From NCBI GenBank assembly GCA_964589775.1, contig CAZPUN010000048.1, forward strand, positions 1 through 32,000: a DNA stretch of 32,000 nucleotides, in the 5' to 3' direction. Source of the stretch: an uncultured archaeon (GTDB taxonomy: Archaea > Asgardarchaeota > Thorarchaeia > Thorarchaeales > CAZPUN01). This document shows positions 1-8,002 of this stretch, piece by piece (the first letter of the stretch is position 1; each line of letters starts with the position of its first letter). The notes beneath the pieces are model-generated. The model did no database searches and had not been told where the DNA came from. It was given only the letters and a program-made list of their open reading frames with translations. The position numbers were made by a program, and so were the translations under genes.

Positions 1-212
1 TATAATTGCTGAGTCGTCACGGGAATATAAAACAAGTACGCAATATAATAAAAGCCATAAAAGATCTCAGAGAGCAAAAACATCAATCCAACGAGCCAGA
101 AAAAGCCAATTACACTGTTCCGCTTTTTGTATAAAGCATAGGAAACTATTATTAGATAAATAACCACAGGGAGCAGAAATATCGATAAATTAACAATTGC
201 ATAAGCTTGCAT
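1..212 (-). CDS. Multi-pass membrane protein, N-terminal part (runs off the window start)
   Basis: Manual translation from ATG at 212: MQAYAIVNLSIFLLPVVIYLIIVSYALYKKRNSVIGFFWLVGLMFLLSEIFYGFYYIAYLFYIPVTTQQL..., open to position 1; two hydrophobic segments separated by KKR; GGGTGG RBS-like motif upstream. Not in the ORF track. Confidence 0.75.
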   Translation of the reverse strand, partial: MQAYAIVNLSIFLLPVVIYLIIVSYALYKKRNSVIGFFWLVGLMFLLSEIFYGFYYIAYLFYIPVTTQQL

Positions 213-313
213 AAGTATAAACCACCCAAACTAAGAAAAATAAATCCTATTATTAAATCTTTTTTAATGAAAAATTTTGATAAAAAGAAAGGCAGAGGAA
301 AACGATCTGCCAA

Positions 314-766
314 TTATACCGAGACAATAAGTTTTTCCATCAGGTCTTGGGTAGTAGGATTAGCATCCGTATTTAGGAAACTTACACTTCGAGCAGAGTT
401 TATGGATGACATAAGATTAACAGGATCGATATTGACTTTTCGATGCTCTATGACTATAGCAATCGGAATATCTCGACCAATGCGATTTACAAAGTCTTTC
501 ATTTTGAGTTTAACTTGAATTGCTTGCTCAATATCAGTTGAAGGCACGACATATATAATGCCATCTACATTTTTAAAGATCAGATCTTTCATCATTTTCT
601 TATACTGAGCAGTGGGCGAAGACAAAATTTCATGATATCCACTTGCACTTAAGAATCCCAGATCTACAGGATGCCCCCAGTTCTTAATTGCGTCTGACAG
701 AGATTTTAAGAAATATTTTGCCACGGAATCATCAAATCCAGTAACCATAATTGTTTTTCGGTCCAA
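314..766 (-). CDS. Degenerate small-GTPase-like protein (pseudo-GTPase)
   Basis: Ras-fold strand pattern (KTIMVTG, VDLG, NVDGIIYVVPST, IPIAIVI) parallels the GTPase at 8003 (KIVVTG, LDHG, ADGIIFVVDSS, LPCVVAANKQD), but GKS/T, DxxG and NKxD are missing. Likely start TTG at 766 after GGTGG; ORF track start is 778. Confidence 0.65.
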   Translation of the reverse strand: MDRKTIMVTGFDDSVAKYFLKSLSDAIKNWGHPVDLGFLSASGYHEILSSPTAQYKKMMKDLIFKNVDGIIYVVPSTDIEQAIQVKLKMKDFVNRIGRDIPIAIVIEHRKVNIDPVNLMSSINSARSVSFLNTDANPTTQDLMEKLIVSV

Positions 767-840
767 TGAAACCACCAAAAAACAATAATATATGTATAGA
801 ACATAGGTCTTTGTAATACCACAAAATTACTAACACTATA

Positions 841-1078
841 TGAGAAAGCATCGCTTAAAAGCGACGTCGAATCGCAATAAGAATCCATAAGTGCATGCAT
901 ACAAAAATCAACTAATTTGAGAATTTATAGGGTGCGACTTGAATGTAATGTGTCGCATCCAAAAACATCTTCAAAAGCTGGAGCGATAACAAGATCCCTC
1001 ATCGGGGGCACGGCGAGTATATGCGTGAATTGGCTATCATGGGAAATCTATAACACAAAATCATCGTATTTCAATACG
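841..1078 (-). repeat. Dispersed hairpin-rich intergenic element, copy A
   Basis: Reverse complement shares colinear blocks with 20446-20665: CTCAAATTAGTTGATT (16/16; 906-921), AAGCGATG(C/G)TTTCTCA (15/16; 841-856), TGA(A/G)GATGTTTT, CATTCAAGT, CG(C/A)ATATACT and a CGTAT..ATACG hairpin. Confidence 0.8.
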
Positions 1079-1092
1079 GAAAGTCAGTAACT

Positions 1093-1112
1093 AAAAAAGT
1101 AAGAGAAGAAAG
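1093..1112 (-). terminator. Pyrimidine/oligo-T terminator after tldE
   Basis: CTTTCTTCTCTTACTTTTTT on the minus strand just after the stop codon. Confidence 0.5.
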
Positions 1113-1115
1113 TTA

Positions 1116-2447
1116 TTACTTCTTTGAACGCGTAATGTTCAAGTCGCGAATTAGAACAGGCGGTGTCAGTACGGAAGTATCGACCTCCCACCATTTAATT
1201 TGCTCGGAGTTTTTACCGATCTCGTCAATCTGTTGTAGAACGTGTAGCATGTTTTCAGAGATACGAATCTCCTTTATTGCACCAACGATTTCGCCATCTT
1301 TAATCAAGAAAATGCCATCACGTGGGATTGTAGAGAAGTCTCCAGTTTGGTGATTCTGGAATCGGGTATACCAGTTACTGGTAACATAGATGCCTTTCTT
1401 AACGCTCTGGATCATTTCATCAAGTGTCATAGAACCGGGTGATACAATTGAGTTCCAGCTCCTTGGAATTCCATCACCTGCATTACCGGTACTTTCTGTA
1501 TCAAATTTCTTTGCAGTTGAAGTATTGTGTAATAAGCCTTTTAGAATCCCATTTTCGATAATTACCGTTTCTTGAGTTGGATGCCCTTCGGAATCATATT
1601 TTCGACTTTCATAACCATTAGGAAGGACTCCAGAGTCAGTTATGGTTAATTTTTCACTTGCAACCTTTTCGCCGATTTTATCCATAAAGAAGCTCAGTCC
1701 AGAATCATAGAAGAAACCATTAGCGCTCATTATTACGGTGTTTATAAAGTTTCCAAACACAGCTGGAGATAAGATTACATCATATTTTCCAGGTTCGCCT
1801 TGTTCCTGTTTTTCGCAGTCTTTCGCAATTTTACCGGCTTTTGCACCTGCAGCTTCTGGCTCAAATTTGTTCAGAACGCGAGATACTGAAACTCCCATGC
1901 CTGATGCATAACCTTCCATGAATCCACGGACTGTAAGTTCTAACCATGTACCTTCTTGCTCAGCATCGAGACCATTTGAACCATATGAATAATCTTTAGA
2001 ATGAGTTGCATACACAATACCCGCAACACGCTTTGCACCATTTTCTAATGCTTTATTAATTGATGCATGTGCAAGATCAACCAGCCCTTCACCCAAATTG
2101 ACAACCTTTTTGTCGAATGTTTCAGGAATTTCTTTGTACTCAAATGGGCCCTGCGCAACACCATAAAAGTCTTCATTTGGCTTGAGCTTTTCAACAACGT
2201 GTGATAGTTCCTTTACAGCTTTTTCTAAAATATCATCACGCGGATCTTTCAGATCGAACATTGCGATTTTCTTGTCCTTTTCGGCATATACTTTTATGAG
2301 AATCTCATCCCATGAATTTGTGATTGTAATTACATTATTGGCAAAGCGTACCTGATTTCGCTTCATCAATGTAGCATGAACAATAGTATGAACACCTTGC
2401 TTTTCTGCTTCTTTCACAATATATCTAGGTATTTCCGCAATGTCCAT
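1116..2447 (-). CDS. tldE: TldE/PmbA family protein (non-catalytic partner of TldD)
   Basis: 443 aa; QVRFANN N-terminus, GKYDVILSP, GEKVASEKLTITD, YDSEGHPT, STGNA, TGDFS; no HExxxH motif; start overlaps the tldD stop (TAATG). Confidence 0.88.
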   Translation of the reverse strand: MDIAEIPRYIVKEAEKQGVHTIVHATLMKRNQVRFANNVITITNSWDEILIKVYAEKDKKIAMFDLKDPRDDILEKAVKELSHVVEKLKPNEDFYGVAQGPFEYKEIPETFDKKVVNLGEGLVDLAHASINKALENGAKRVAGIVYATHSKDYSYGSNGLDAEQEGTWLELTVRGFMEGYASGMGVSVSRVLNKFEPEAAGAKAGKIAKDCEKQEQGEPGKYDVILSPAVFGNFINTVIMSANGFFYDSGLSFFMDKIGEKVASEKLTITDSGVLPNGYESRKYDSEGHPTQETVIIENGILKGLLHNTSTAKKFDTESTGNAGDGIPRSWNSIVSPGSMTLDEMIQSVKKGIYVTSNWYTRFQNHQTGDFSTIPRDGIFLIKDGEIVGAIKEIRISENMLHVLQQIDEIGKNSEQIKWWEVDTSVLTPPVLIRDLNITRSKK

Positions 2448-3889
2448 TATGAACTACCTCCTATACGAATACCTCTTACCAAAGTACGCTCGGGACCGCC
2501 CGTCCATACTGGAGCACCTTGGCTGGGGTCTGATTTACCACATGTGGCTGCTACAAAATCTAATTTCTTACTACTTCCAACAACTGAAGAATAGAATCCA
2601 GGTGTTGTAATTTCAAGCACGGGACGATTAACTGGATGCTTGATTTCACCATTCTCAATCAGATATGCCTTACGACCAATGTACTTCTGGTTGAATCGAC
2701 GGTCATCAATATTCCATTCACCAAATGTTTCCATCAGAATCCCAAATTTGACTTCCTCTATGATTTCATCAGGATCCCAATCGCCCGGTGCAATAAACGT
2801 GTTTGCCATTCGTACAATTGGTTCTCGATTAAAGCCAATACCGCGAGCCGCACCATTTGAGTGAGTGCCCATTGTTGCTGCAGTTTCACGATTATGTAGA
2901 AATTCGGTAATTATGCCATTTTTAATTAAATAACGAGCCCTAGCTCGTACGCCTTCATCATCATAAAGATAGTATCCATACGAGCCATCAAGCGTAGGGT
3001 CGTCTATCACACTCACGTTTTCACTACCGATCTTTATACCAATATCCTCGGGAGAGAGATAAGATTCACCAGCTTGAGCGCCTTCACGACCCAAGATCCT
3101 GTCGGCTTCACCCGGATGACCTGCAGATTCATGTGCAATAATTCCTGCAACCTCAGGGCCGATAACTAAATCCATTTCGCCTTCGGGGCACGGCTTAGAT
3201 TTTAGAATCTGTTCTTCAAGTGCAGACAATGAATCTGAAAGTCTATCAGGTATATTAAGCGCTTCTAATTTTTCCCAGCCGCCAGTCTCACCGTATTGTT
3301 CGAATGTTTGCTCTGCGCGATTATTACCTATTGCAGTAATAACACCAATCAATGAAAATCGCGGCAGATTTGAATATATCTTGGTACCATCAGAATTTAC
3401 AAAGTACTTCTCATTAATCCAATCAGTAAACATGAATATACGTGCTGGAAATAGAACATCACTCTTACGTGATAGTATCATTTCATCAAGATCTAAGAGT
3501 AATTTTAATCGTTCATCGTTTGAGATATCCAGAAATGATTTTTTCATCTTAACTTCATAAGAATCGTCATAACTTTTCTCTTCCGAGAAGCGAATGGGTT
3601 CTTTACGTGCTTTCCCGGATTGCTTCGCAAACTTTACTGCTTTTTCAACTGCATCTTTGATGTGATCTTTTGAGATAGTGTTCACAGAAGAAAAAGCTAG
3701 ACCCCCAGAATGAATTACGCGAATACCGATACCATATTCAAAAACAATACCAAGAGTTTCAGGAGTTGAATTTTTTAAAATTACACTATGACCATTTGTC
3801 TGCTCAAGACGGGCTTCAGCATAAGTAGCGCCGAGTTTTTGAGCATACTCGACAGCAAACTCAGCTAAGTCAAGATTTATTATAAGCAC
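2447..3889 (-). CDS. tldD: TldD family metalloprotease
   Basis: HESAGHPGEAD (HExxxH zinc motif), YDDEGVRA, PIVRMANT and C-terminal CGK..QGAPVWTGGP. The ORF-track start (4000) overlaps the divergent gene; the real start is near AGGAGGTG at 3887-3894 (GTG 3889 or ATA 3880). Confidence 0.92.
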   Translation of the reverse strand: MLIINLDLAEFAVEYAQKLGATYAEARLEQTNGHSVILKNSTPETLGIVFEYGIGIRVIHSGGLAFSSVNTISKDHIKDAVEKAVKFAKQSGKARKEPIRFSEEKSYDDSYEVKMKKSFLDISNDERLKLLLDLDEMILSRKSDVLFPARIFMFTDWINEKYFVNSDGTKIYSNLPRFSLIGVITAIGNNRAEQTFEQYGETGGWEKLEALNIPDRLSDSLSALEEQILKSKPCPEGEMDLVIGPEVAGIIAHESAGHPGEADRILGREGAQAGESYLSPEDIGIKIGSENVSVIDDPTLDGSYGYYLYDDEGVRARARYLIKNGIITEFLHNRETAATMGTHSNGAARGIGFNREPIVRMANTFIAPGDWDPDEIIEEVKFGILMETFGEWNIDDRRFNQKYIGRKAYLIENGEIKHPVNRPVLEITTPGFYSSVVGSSKKLDFVAATCGKSDPSQGAPVWTGGPERTLVRGIRIGGSS

Positions 3890-3961
3890 CTCCTTAATAG
3901 CATCATAAAAATATGAAATTGAGACAAATATATATACTATCGGACTTGAGCAAAAAAAGAG

Positions 3962-5050
3962 ATGAGTCCAATGATACTGGACAGAATTAAAAATCTTCAA
4001 CGATATATGGACATAAATGATATAGATTGGACATTTTTAGTCCCTTCACCGAACTTTTTCTATCTGACGGGTGTTTCAATCGATACTCACGAACGATTAA
4101 CTGCACTATTAATACCAAAAGATGATATTCCGACAATAATAGTACCAAGTTTTGAAAGAGAACGATTAGAACAAGATACAGAAATCGCCAATATTGTCAG
4201 CTGGCAAGATGGCGAAAATCCTTATGATTATGTTAAGAAGATTACAGGTAGTGAAATTAAAACAATTGCTATAGAAGATAATGTACCTTTTGGAGTGCTA
4301 TATAATTTGGATACAAAGATCAAGATATCACAAAAGGTGCCAATTACGCCCTATATAAGCGAGCTACGTCTTAAGAAAAGCACAGACGAAATTAATTTCA
4401 TGAAGCAAGCGGGACGAATAATTGAAAAGGCACTTGAAGACGGATATCAATACGTTAAAGAAAATATGAGCGAATTAGACTTGGCCAAATATCTAGAAGA
4501 CCGAATTGTGGAATATGGTGGAACCCCAACGTTTACAATTATTCAATTTGGTCCAAACTCTGCAATTCCACATGCCGAATCATCCCGTAAGAAATTGAAA
4601 AAGGGCGAAATCATCCTAATAGATTTTGGTTGTAGTTATAAAGGATACAATACAGATCAAACAAGAATGGCAGTCTTAGGAAAAGCAACCGAGAAACATA
4701 AGGAAATTTACAGTATAGTACAAGAAGCTCAAGAAGCAGCAATAAAGTATGATAAAGAAGGAGTTTCAGCAGAATCAGTTGATAAAGTAGCCAGAGATGT
4801 CATTGAATCAAAGGGGTATGGAAAGTACTTTATTCACAGATTGGGACATGGCATCGGAATTGAAGTCCATGAGCCACCTTATATTGTGCAAGGAAATAAA
4901 CAGATCCTAGAAGAAGGAATGACACATAGTATTGAGCCTGGAATATATATATTAAACGAGTTTGGCGTTCGTATTGAAGACCTTGTAGAAGTTAAAAAGA
5001 ATGGGGTAGAAATTATAACATTCTCCAAGAAGGAGTTAAGGGAGATCTAA
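3962..5050 (+). CDS. pepQ: Xaa-Pro peptidase / prolidase, family M24B
   Basis: Creatinase-like N-domain; SAIPH, IDFG, YNTDQTR, HRLGHGIGIEVHE, SIEPGIY and GVRIED metal-ligand motifs. Confidence 0.9.
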   Translation: MSPMILDRIKNLQRYMDINDIDWTFLVPSPNFFYLTGVSIDTHERLTALLIPKDDIPTIIVPSFERERLEQDTEIANIVSWQDGENPYDYVKKITGSEIKTIAIEDNVPFGVLYNLDTKIKISQKVPITPYISELRLKKSTDEINFMKQAGRIIEKALEDGYQYVKENMSELDLAKYLEDRIVEYGGTPTFTIIQFGPNSAIPHAESSRKKLKKGEIILIDFGCSYKGYNTDQTRMAVLGKATEKHKEIYSIVQEAQEAAIKYDKEGVSAESVDKVARDVIESKGYGKYFIHRLGHGIGIEVHEPPYIVQGNKQILEEGMTHSIEPGIYILNEFGVRIEDLVEVKKNGVEIITFSKKELREI

Positions 5051-5056
5051 GATAGA

Positions 5057-5446
5057 TTGACGCAGACATTCAAAATTTATCCGGTAGGTATGATCCATAA
5101 GAAACATAACGTACAAATCGAAATTTATCCAGAATTCCACGATTGTTTGACCGGACTGGAACAGTTCAATAAAATCATTGTCTTATGGTGGTTCTCAAAA
5201 AACGATACACCAACACTTAGAGCAATAAGACAAGTTCATCCACAAGGAAACGTATACAATCCGGTGAGGGGGATTTTTGCCACACGATCCCCCTTCAGAC
5301 CGAATCCGATTGCATTTTCAGTTGTCACGATGCAACGGTTAGATATTCACAACAACATAATCTATATAGATGATATAGAAGCCTATGATAAGACACCAGT
5401 TATCGATATTAAACCATACATAAGATCCATAGACTGCCCGAATTAA
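5057..5446 (+). CDS. trmO: TrmO/TsaA (YaeB/AF0241-like) SAM-dependent tRNA m6t6A37 methyltransferase, single-domain form
   Basis: GIFATRSPFRPNPI and TPVIDIKPY signature motifs; 129 aa, TTG start. Confidence 0.88.
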   Translation: MTQTFKIYPVGMIHKKHNVQIEIYPEFHDCLTGLEQFNKIIVLWWFSKNDTPTLRAIRQVHPQGNVYNPVRGIFATRSPFRPNPIAFSVVTMQRLDIHNNIIYIDDIEAYDKTPVIDIKPYIRSIDCPN

Positions 5447-5497
5447 TACTTCATTATAATAATGAAATGCAGTACAATAAAAATAAAAATAGGGAGT

Positions 5498-6040
5498 TTA
5501 TTTTTTCTTATGGACAATTTTAATAGCCCATGTACAGTGGTTTCCTTCTACAGCGGCGCACTCGGTCTCTTCAACTGTTATAGTGCCTTCAACTTTGTTG
5601 CGTTCGGAAAAGTATTCAACCATTGCTTCGATGAATCCCGTTAAGAAATAACAAGAAGGCTCATCTGTTTTTGTTCCTGAAGCGTATGGATTGTCGTAAA
5701 TCGTAATTTCAGAATAATCCTCATTGAATACGTGATGCAATCTAGTAATTTTTACATCCGATAGGGGAACAATTATCAAAGTTAGAATTCGATGGATTAG
5801 TTCAATTGTTTCTTTAAACGTCTTAGGCGGAGGTTGCTTTCCAATGTTTAAGTATTCTCTCTGACATTCAAGAGCTGATAATCGTCCAGCTGAATAATAT
5901 ATGTCTTTCAAACGATCCGGAAACATAACCTGTATTCTATCACCAAGTTTCGCCCATGTCTTTGAGAATAGGGCGCGCACTAAGTCAGAACCCTTAAGTG
6001 ATTTCTTTGCTTCCCACCATGGTATTATTTCACTTGTCAT
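5498..6040 (-). CDS. V4R / Bet3-fold domain protein
   Basis: YSAGR helix, ITIYDNPYA, PSCYFLTGFIEAMVE and VEETECAAVEGNHCTW, which are V4R-type Cys motifs. Confidence 0.8.
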   Translation of the reverse strand: MTSEIIPWWEAKKSLKGSDLVRALFSKTWAKLGDRIQVMFPDRLKDIYYSAGRLSALECQREYLNIGKQPPPKTFKETIELIHRILTLIIVPLSDVKITRLHHVFNEDYSEITIYDNPYASGTKTDEPSCYFLTGFIEAMVEYFSERNKVEGTITVEETECAAVEGNHCTWAIKIVHKKK

Positions 6041-6107
6041 TCAAATCGCCTCATTGATTTAATATTAAATATAGTTAAACCAAGTAAAAATACTTTTGGC
6101 TCCTTGA

Positions 6108-6635
6108 TTATTTTCGGCCCTTTATACGAATAACCCATGTGCATTTGTCAGCCCCTGTGGCTTTACACTCTTTCTCATGCACAGAAATATTCCAGCCATA
6201 AATATCTAAAAGATATTCGATAATACCACTAAATGTTTCACAATAATGTAAATCGGGCATTTCGCCTAATTTAACATCTTTACAGAATGCACAATGAGTA
6301 TCGGATGCTTCAATTAAATCGCCACTTCCGCTTATCTTAATATCAGAAAGTTCTTGGTTTGTATGCATCTTGTAAATTAATGCAACACTCTTTGCAACAT
6401 CCTCTAATTTATTAATACCTGATTTGAAATAATCAACAAATCCACTTGTAATTACTAAACGCTCGCCCATGTTTTTACCGAACCTCTTCAGAATCTCATT
6501 AACTTCTTGGGGACTCTTTCCATCCTTTAACAAATGAGAAACAATCTGAGAATAAACACCGCCGAACAGAGCAATACTAATTTTATCTTCGCGTTTCTTA
6601 GAACCAATAATACTCTTATAACTCATTTTACTCAT
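6108..6635 (-). CDS. Bet3/TRAPPC3-like protein with V4R-type cysteines
   Basis: KISIALFGGVYSQIVSHLLKD...EVNEILKRFGKNMGERLV matches the Bet3 N-terminal pattern (ELFTLTYGALVxQLCKD..VNKQLDKMGxNIGxRLI, recalled); also YKMH, DVKL..LHYCETFSGII and ECKATGADKC. Confidence 0.8.
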   Translation of the reverse strand: MSKMSYKSIIGSKKREDKISIALFGGVYSQIVSHLLKDGKSPQEVNEILKRFGKNMGERLVITSGFVDYFKSGINKLEDVAKSVALIYKMHTNQELSDIKISGSGDLIEASDTHCAFCKDVKLGEMPDLHYCETFSGIIEYLLDIYGWNISVHEKECKATGADKCTWVIRIKGRK

Positions 6636-6717
6636 CTCCTCGTCTATAATAATTTAATGTTCATTATAGTATTTTAATTTATATGCTAAGATAATATAAA
6701 AAAAGAGCAAAAGAGGC

Positions 6718-7620
6718 TTAAATCATTCTTCTTATGATCCTGATTTTGTCGTTGTACTTGGCAATTACAGACAAAACAAGAGGATATGGTATCTTTAGCT
6801 CCTCAGCAATTGCTTTTGCAGGTTTGGTTCCATCACATTGAGCGAGAATTAACCTGTCATCTTTCTTTACCTTGCGAAGTTCGCCTTCAAACATCGGACA
6901 GTCAGCAAGTACATGTTCTTTCTCAGGAATTTCTACAACAGGTATTGTAACGATTTCGTTTTCTTCTGCCCATTTTAGAATTTCAATCACTCTGTCAGCA
7001 GGCTGAAATACAAGCTCGGATATAGTCGATATAGTCTTCTTATTATCAACTAACATAAGAACATCTAGAGCCATACTGGAAAACTCTTTCTTTAACTTCC
7101 ATACCATTTCAGAATCCATATCTAATATTTCACGATATTTGGGACCACGCTCAGGTACAGATTGGGGAACAATAACTTTTTCCTTTTCAGCTTCTACAAC
7201 TTCAACATCGCCAAGTGCAGAAGTAGTCGCAGGTTCAGACTGGGCAATGACCGCAGCAGCTTCCTCAGCCTCAGCATCAAATCCTTCTGGAGGAGGCGGA
7301 AGCTCAGATTTCTCAAGAATTCTCAATACATTTTTAGTCTTAGCGATCGCCAGTCCTAATTGAAGCTCAGGTACAAACAGAGTTGCAAGTACCCAATGTT
7401 CCCCTATAGGCGCCATAACGACAATACCCTTATCGGTATCGATTGTCATAAGCCGTAGCGAGTCCCTATAGAGTAGAATAGAATCTCTAACCTTTGGGAA
7501 AATATCATCCGGAAACTGAAATGATACGAAGATCTTGCCAGATTTTGTAATCATAGCGTAACCCTGGACTTGATCATCAAAACGTAACTTGGATAAAGCT
7601 TTATCAAATTCACTCAACAT
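6718..7620 (-). CDS. Roadblock/longin-like N-domain + acidic Pro/Ala linker + two winged-helix-like domains
   Basis: VQGYAMITKSGK...MTIDTDKGIVVMAPIGEHWVLATL...LGLA (roadblock pattern); ELPPPPEGFDAEAEEAAA linker; VLMLVDNKKTISTIS and ILAQCDGTKPAKAIAEEL (wHTH-like). Likely ATG at 7620 after GGTGA. Confidence 0.7.
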   Translation of the reverse strand: MLSEFDKALSKLRFDDQVQGYAMITKSGKIFVSFQFPDDIFPKVRDSILLYRDSLRLMTIDTDKGIVVMAPIGEHWVLATLFVPELQLGLAIAKTKNVLRILEKSELPPPPEGFDAEAEEAAAVIAQSEPATTSALGDVEVVEAEKEKVIVPQSVPERGPKYREILDMDSEMVWKLKKEFSSMALDVLMLVDNKKTISTISELVFQPADRVIEILKWAEENEIVTIPVVEIPEKEHVLADCPMFEGELRKVKKDDRLILAQCDGTKPAKAIAEELKIPYPLVLSVIAKYNDKIRIIRRMI

Positions 7621-7670
7621 TATCACCTTGCGATCGCTAGACTTTAATACAATTAGTTTTTTGTTCGACC

Positions 7671-7688
7671 TTAATTAAAAAGTTTCTG
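7671..7688 (-). promoter_or_regulatory. Candidate BRE-TATA promoter for the roadblock-wHTH/Bet3/V4R genes
   Basis: CAGAAACTTTTTAATTAA on the minus strand about 50 nt upstream of the ATG. Confidence 0.4.
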
Positions 7689-7940
7689 ATATGAAATAAA
7701 TGAAATTATAAGAAATATATAAAAAGTTGTAATATTGAATTGCATTCTGAAAATTATTTTGCATATTTTGATTTTAGTTTCGTCAATATTAAAACAATTC
7801 GAACCAGTGACCCGTAATTCTCAAAAAGTTTATGAGAGTCCATGAAATTAATAAAATATAGAATACAATTATTAAATGAAAGCTATATACCAAAAAACAA
7901 ACTATTAATACAAATAGTTCTATAAAATAATGTGGAGATT

Positions 7941-7959
7941 AGCAAAGGCTTTTATTTAA
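7941..7959 (+). promoter_or_regulatory. Candidate BRE-TATA promoter for the small GTPase
   Basis: AGCAAAGGCTTTTATTTAA about 45 nt upstream of ATG 8003; AGGAG RBS at 7989-7993. Confidence 0.4.
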
Positions 7960-8002
7960 CAAAAATTAAAAACAGATATATAATGCTCAGGAGCCACACG
8001 TT

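Noticed and set aside
841-1078. SECIS element / selenoprotein recoding explanation for the hairpins
   Set aside because: No neighbouring gene shows an in-frame TGA at a conserved Cys position, and no clear AUGA/GA SECIS core was seen.
3890-4000. N-terminal extension of the TldD ORF in the track
   Set aside because: Overlaps the divergent M24 gene start and lies upstream of the AGGAGGTG RBS.
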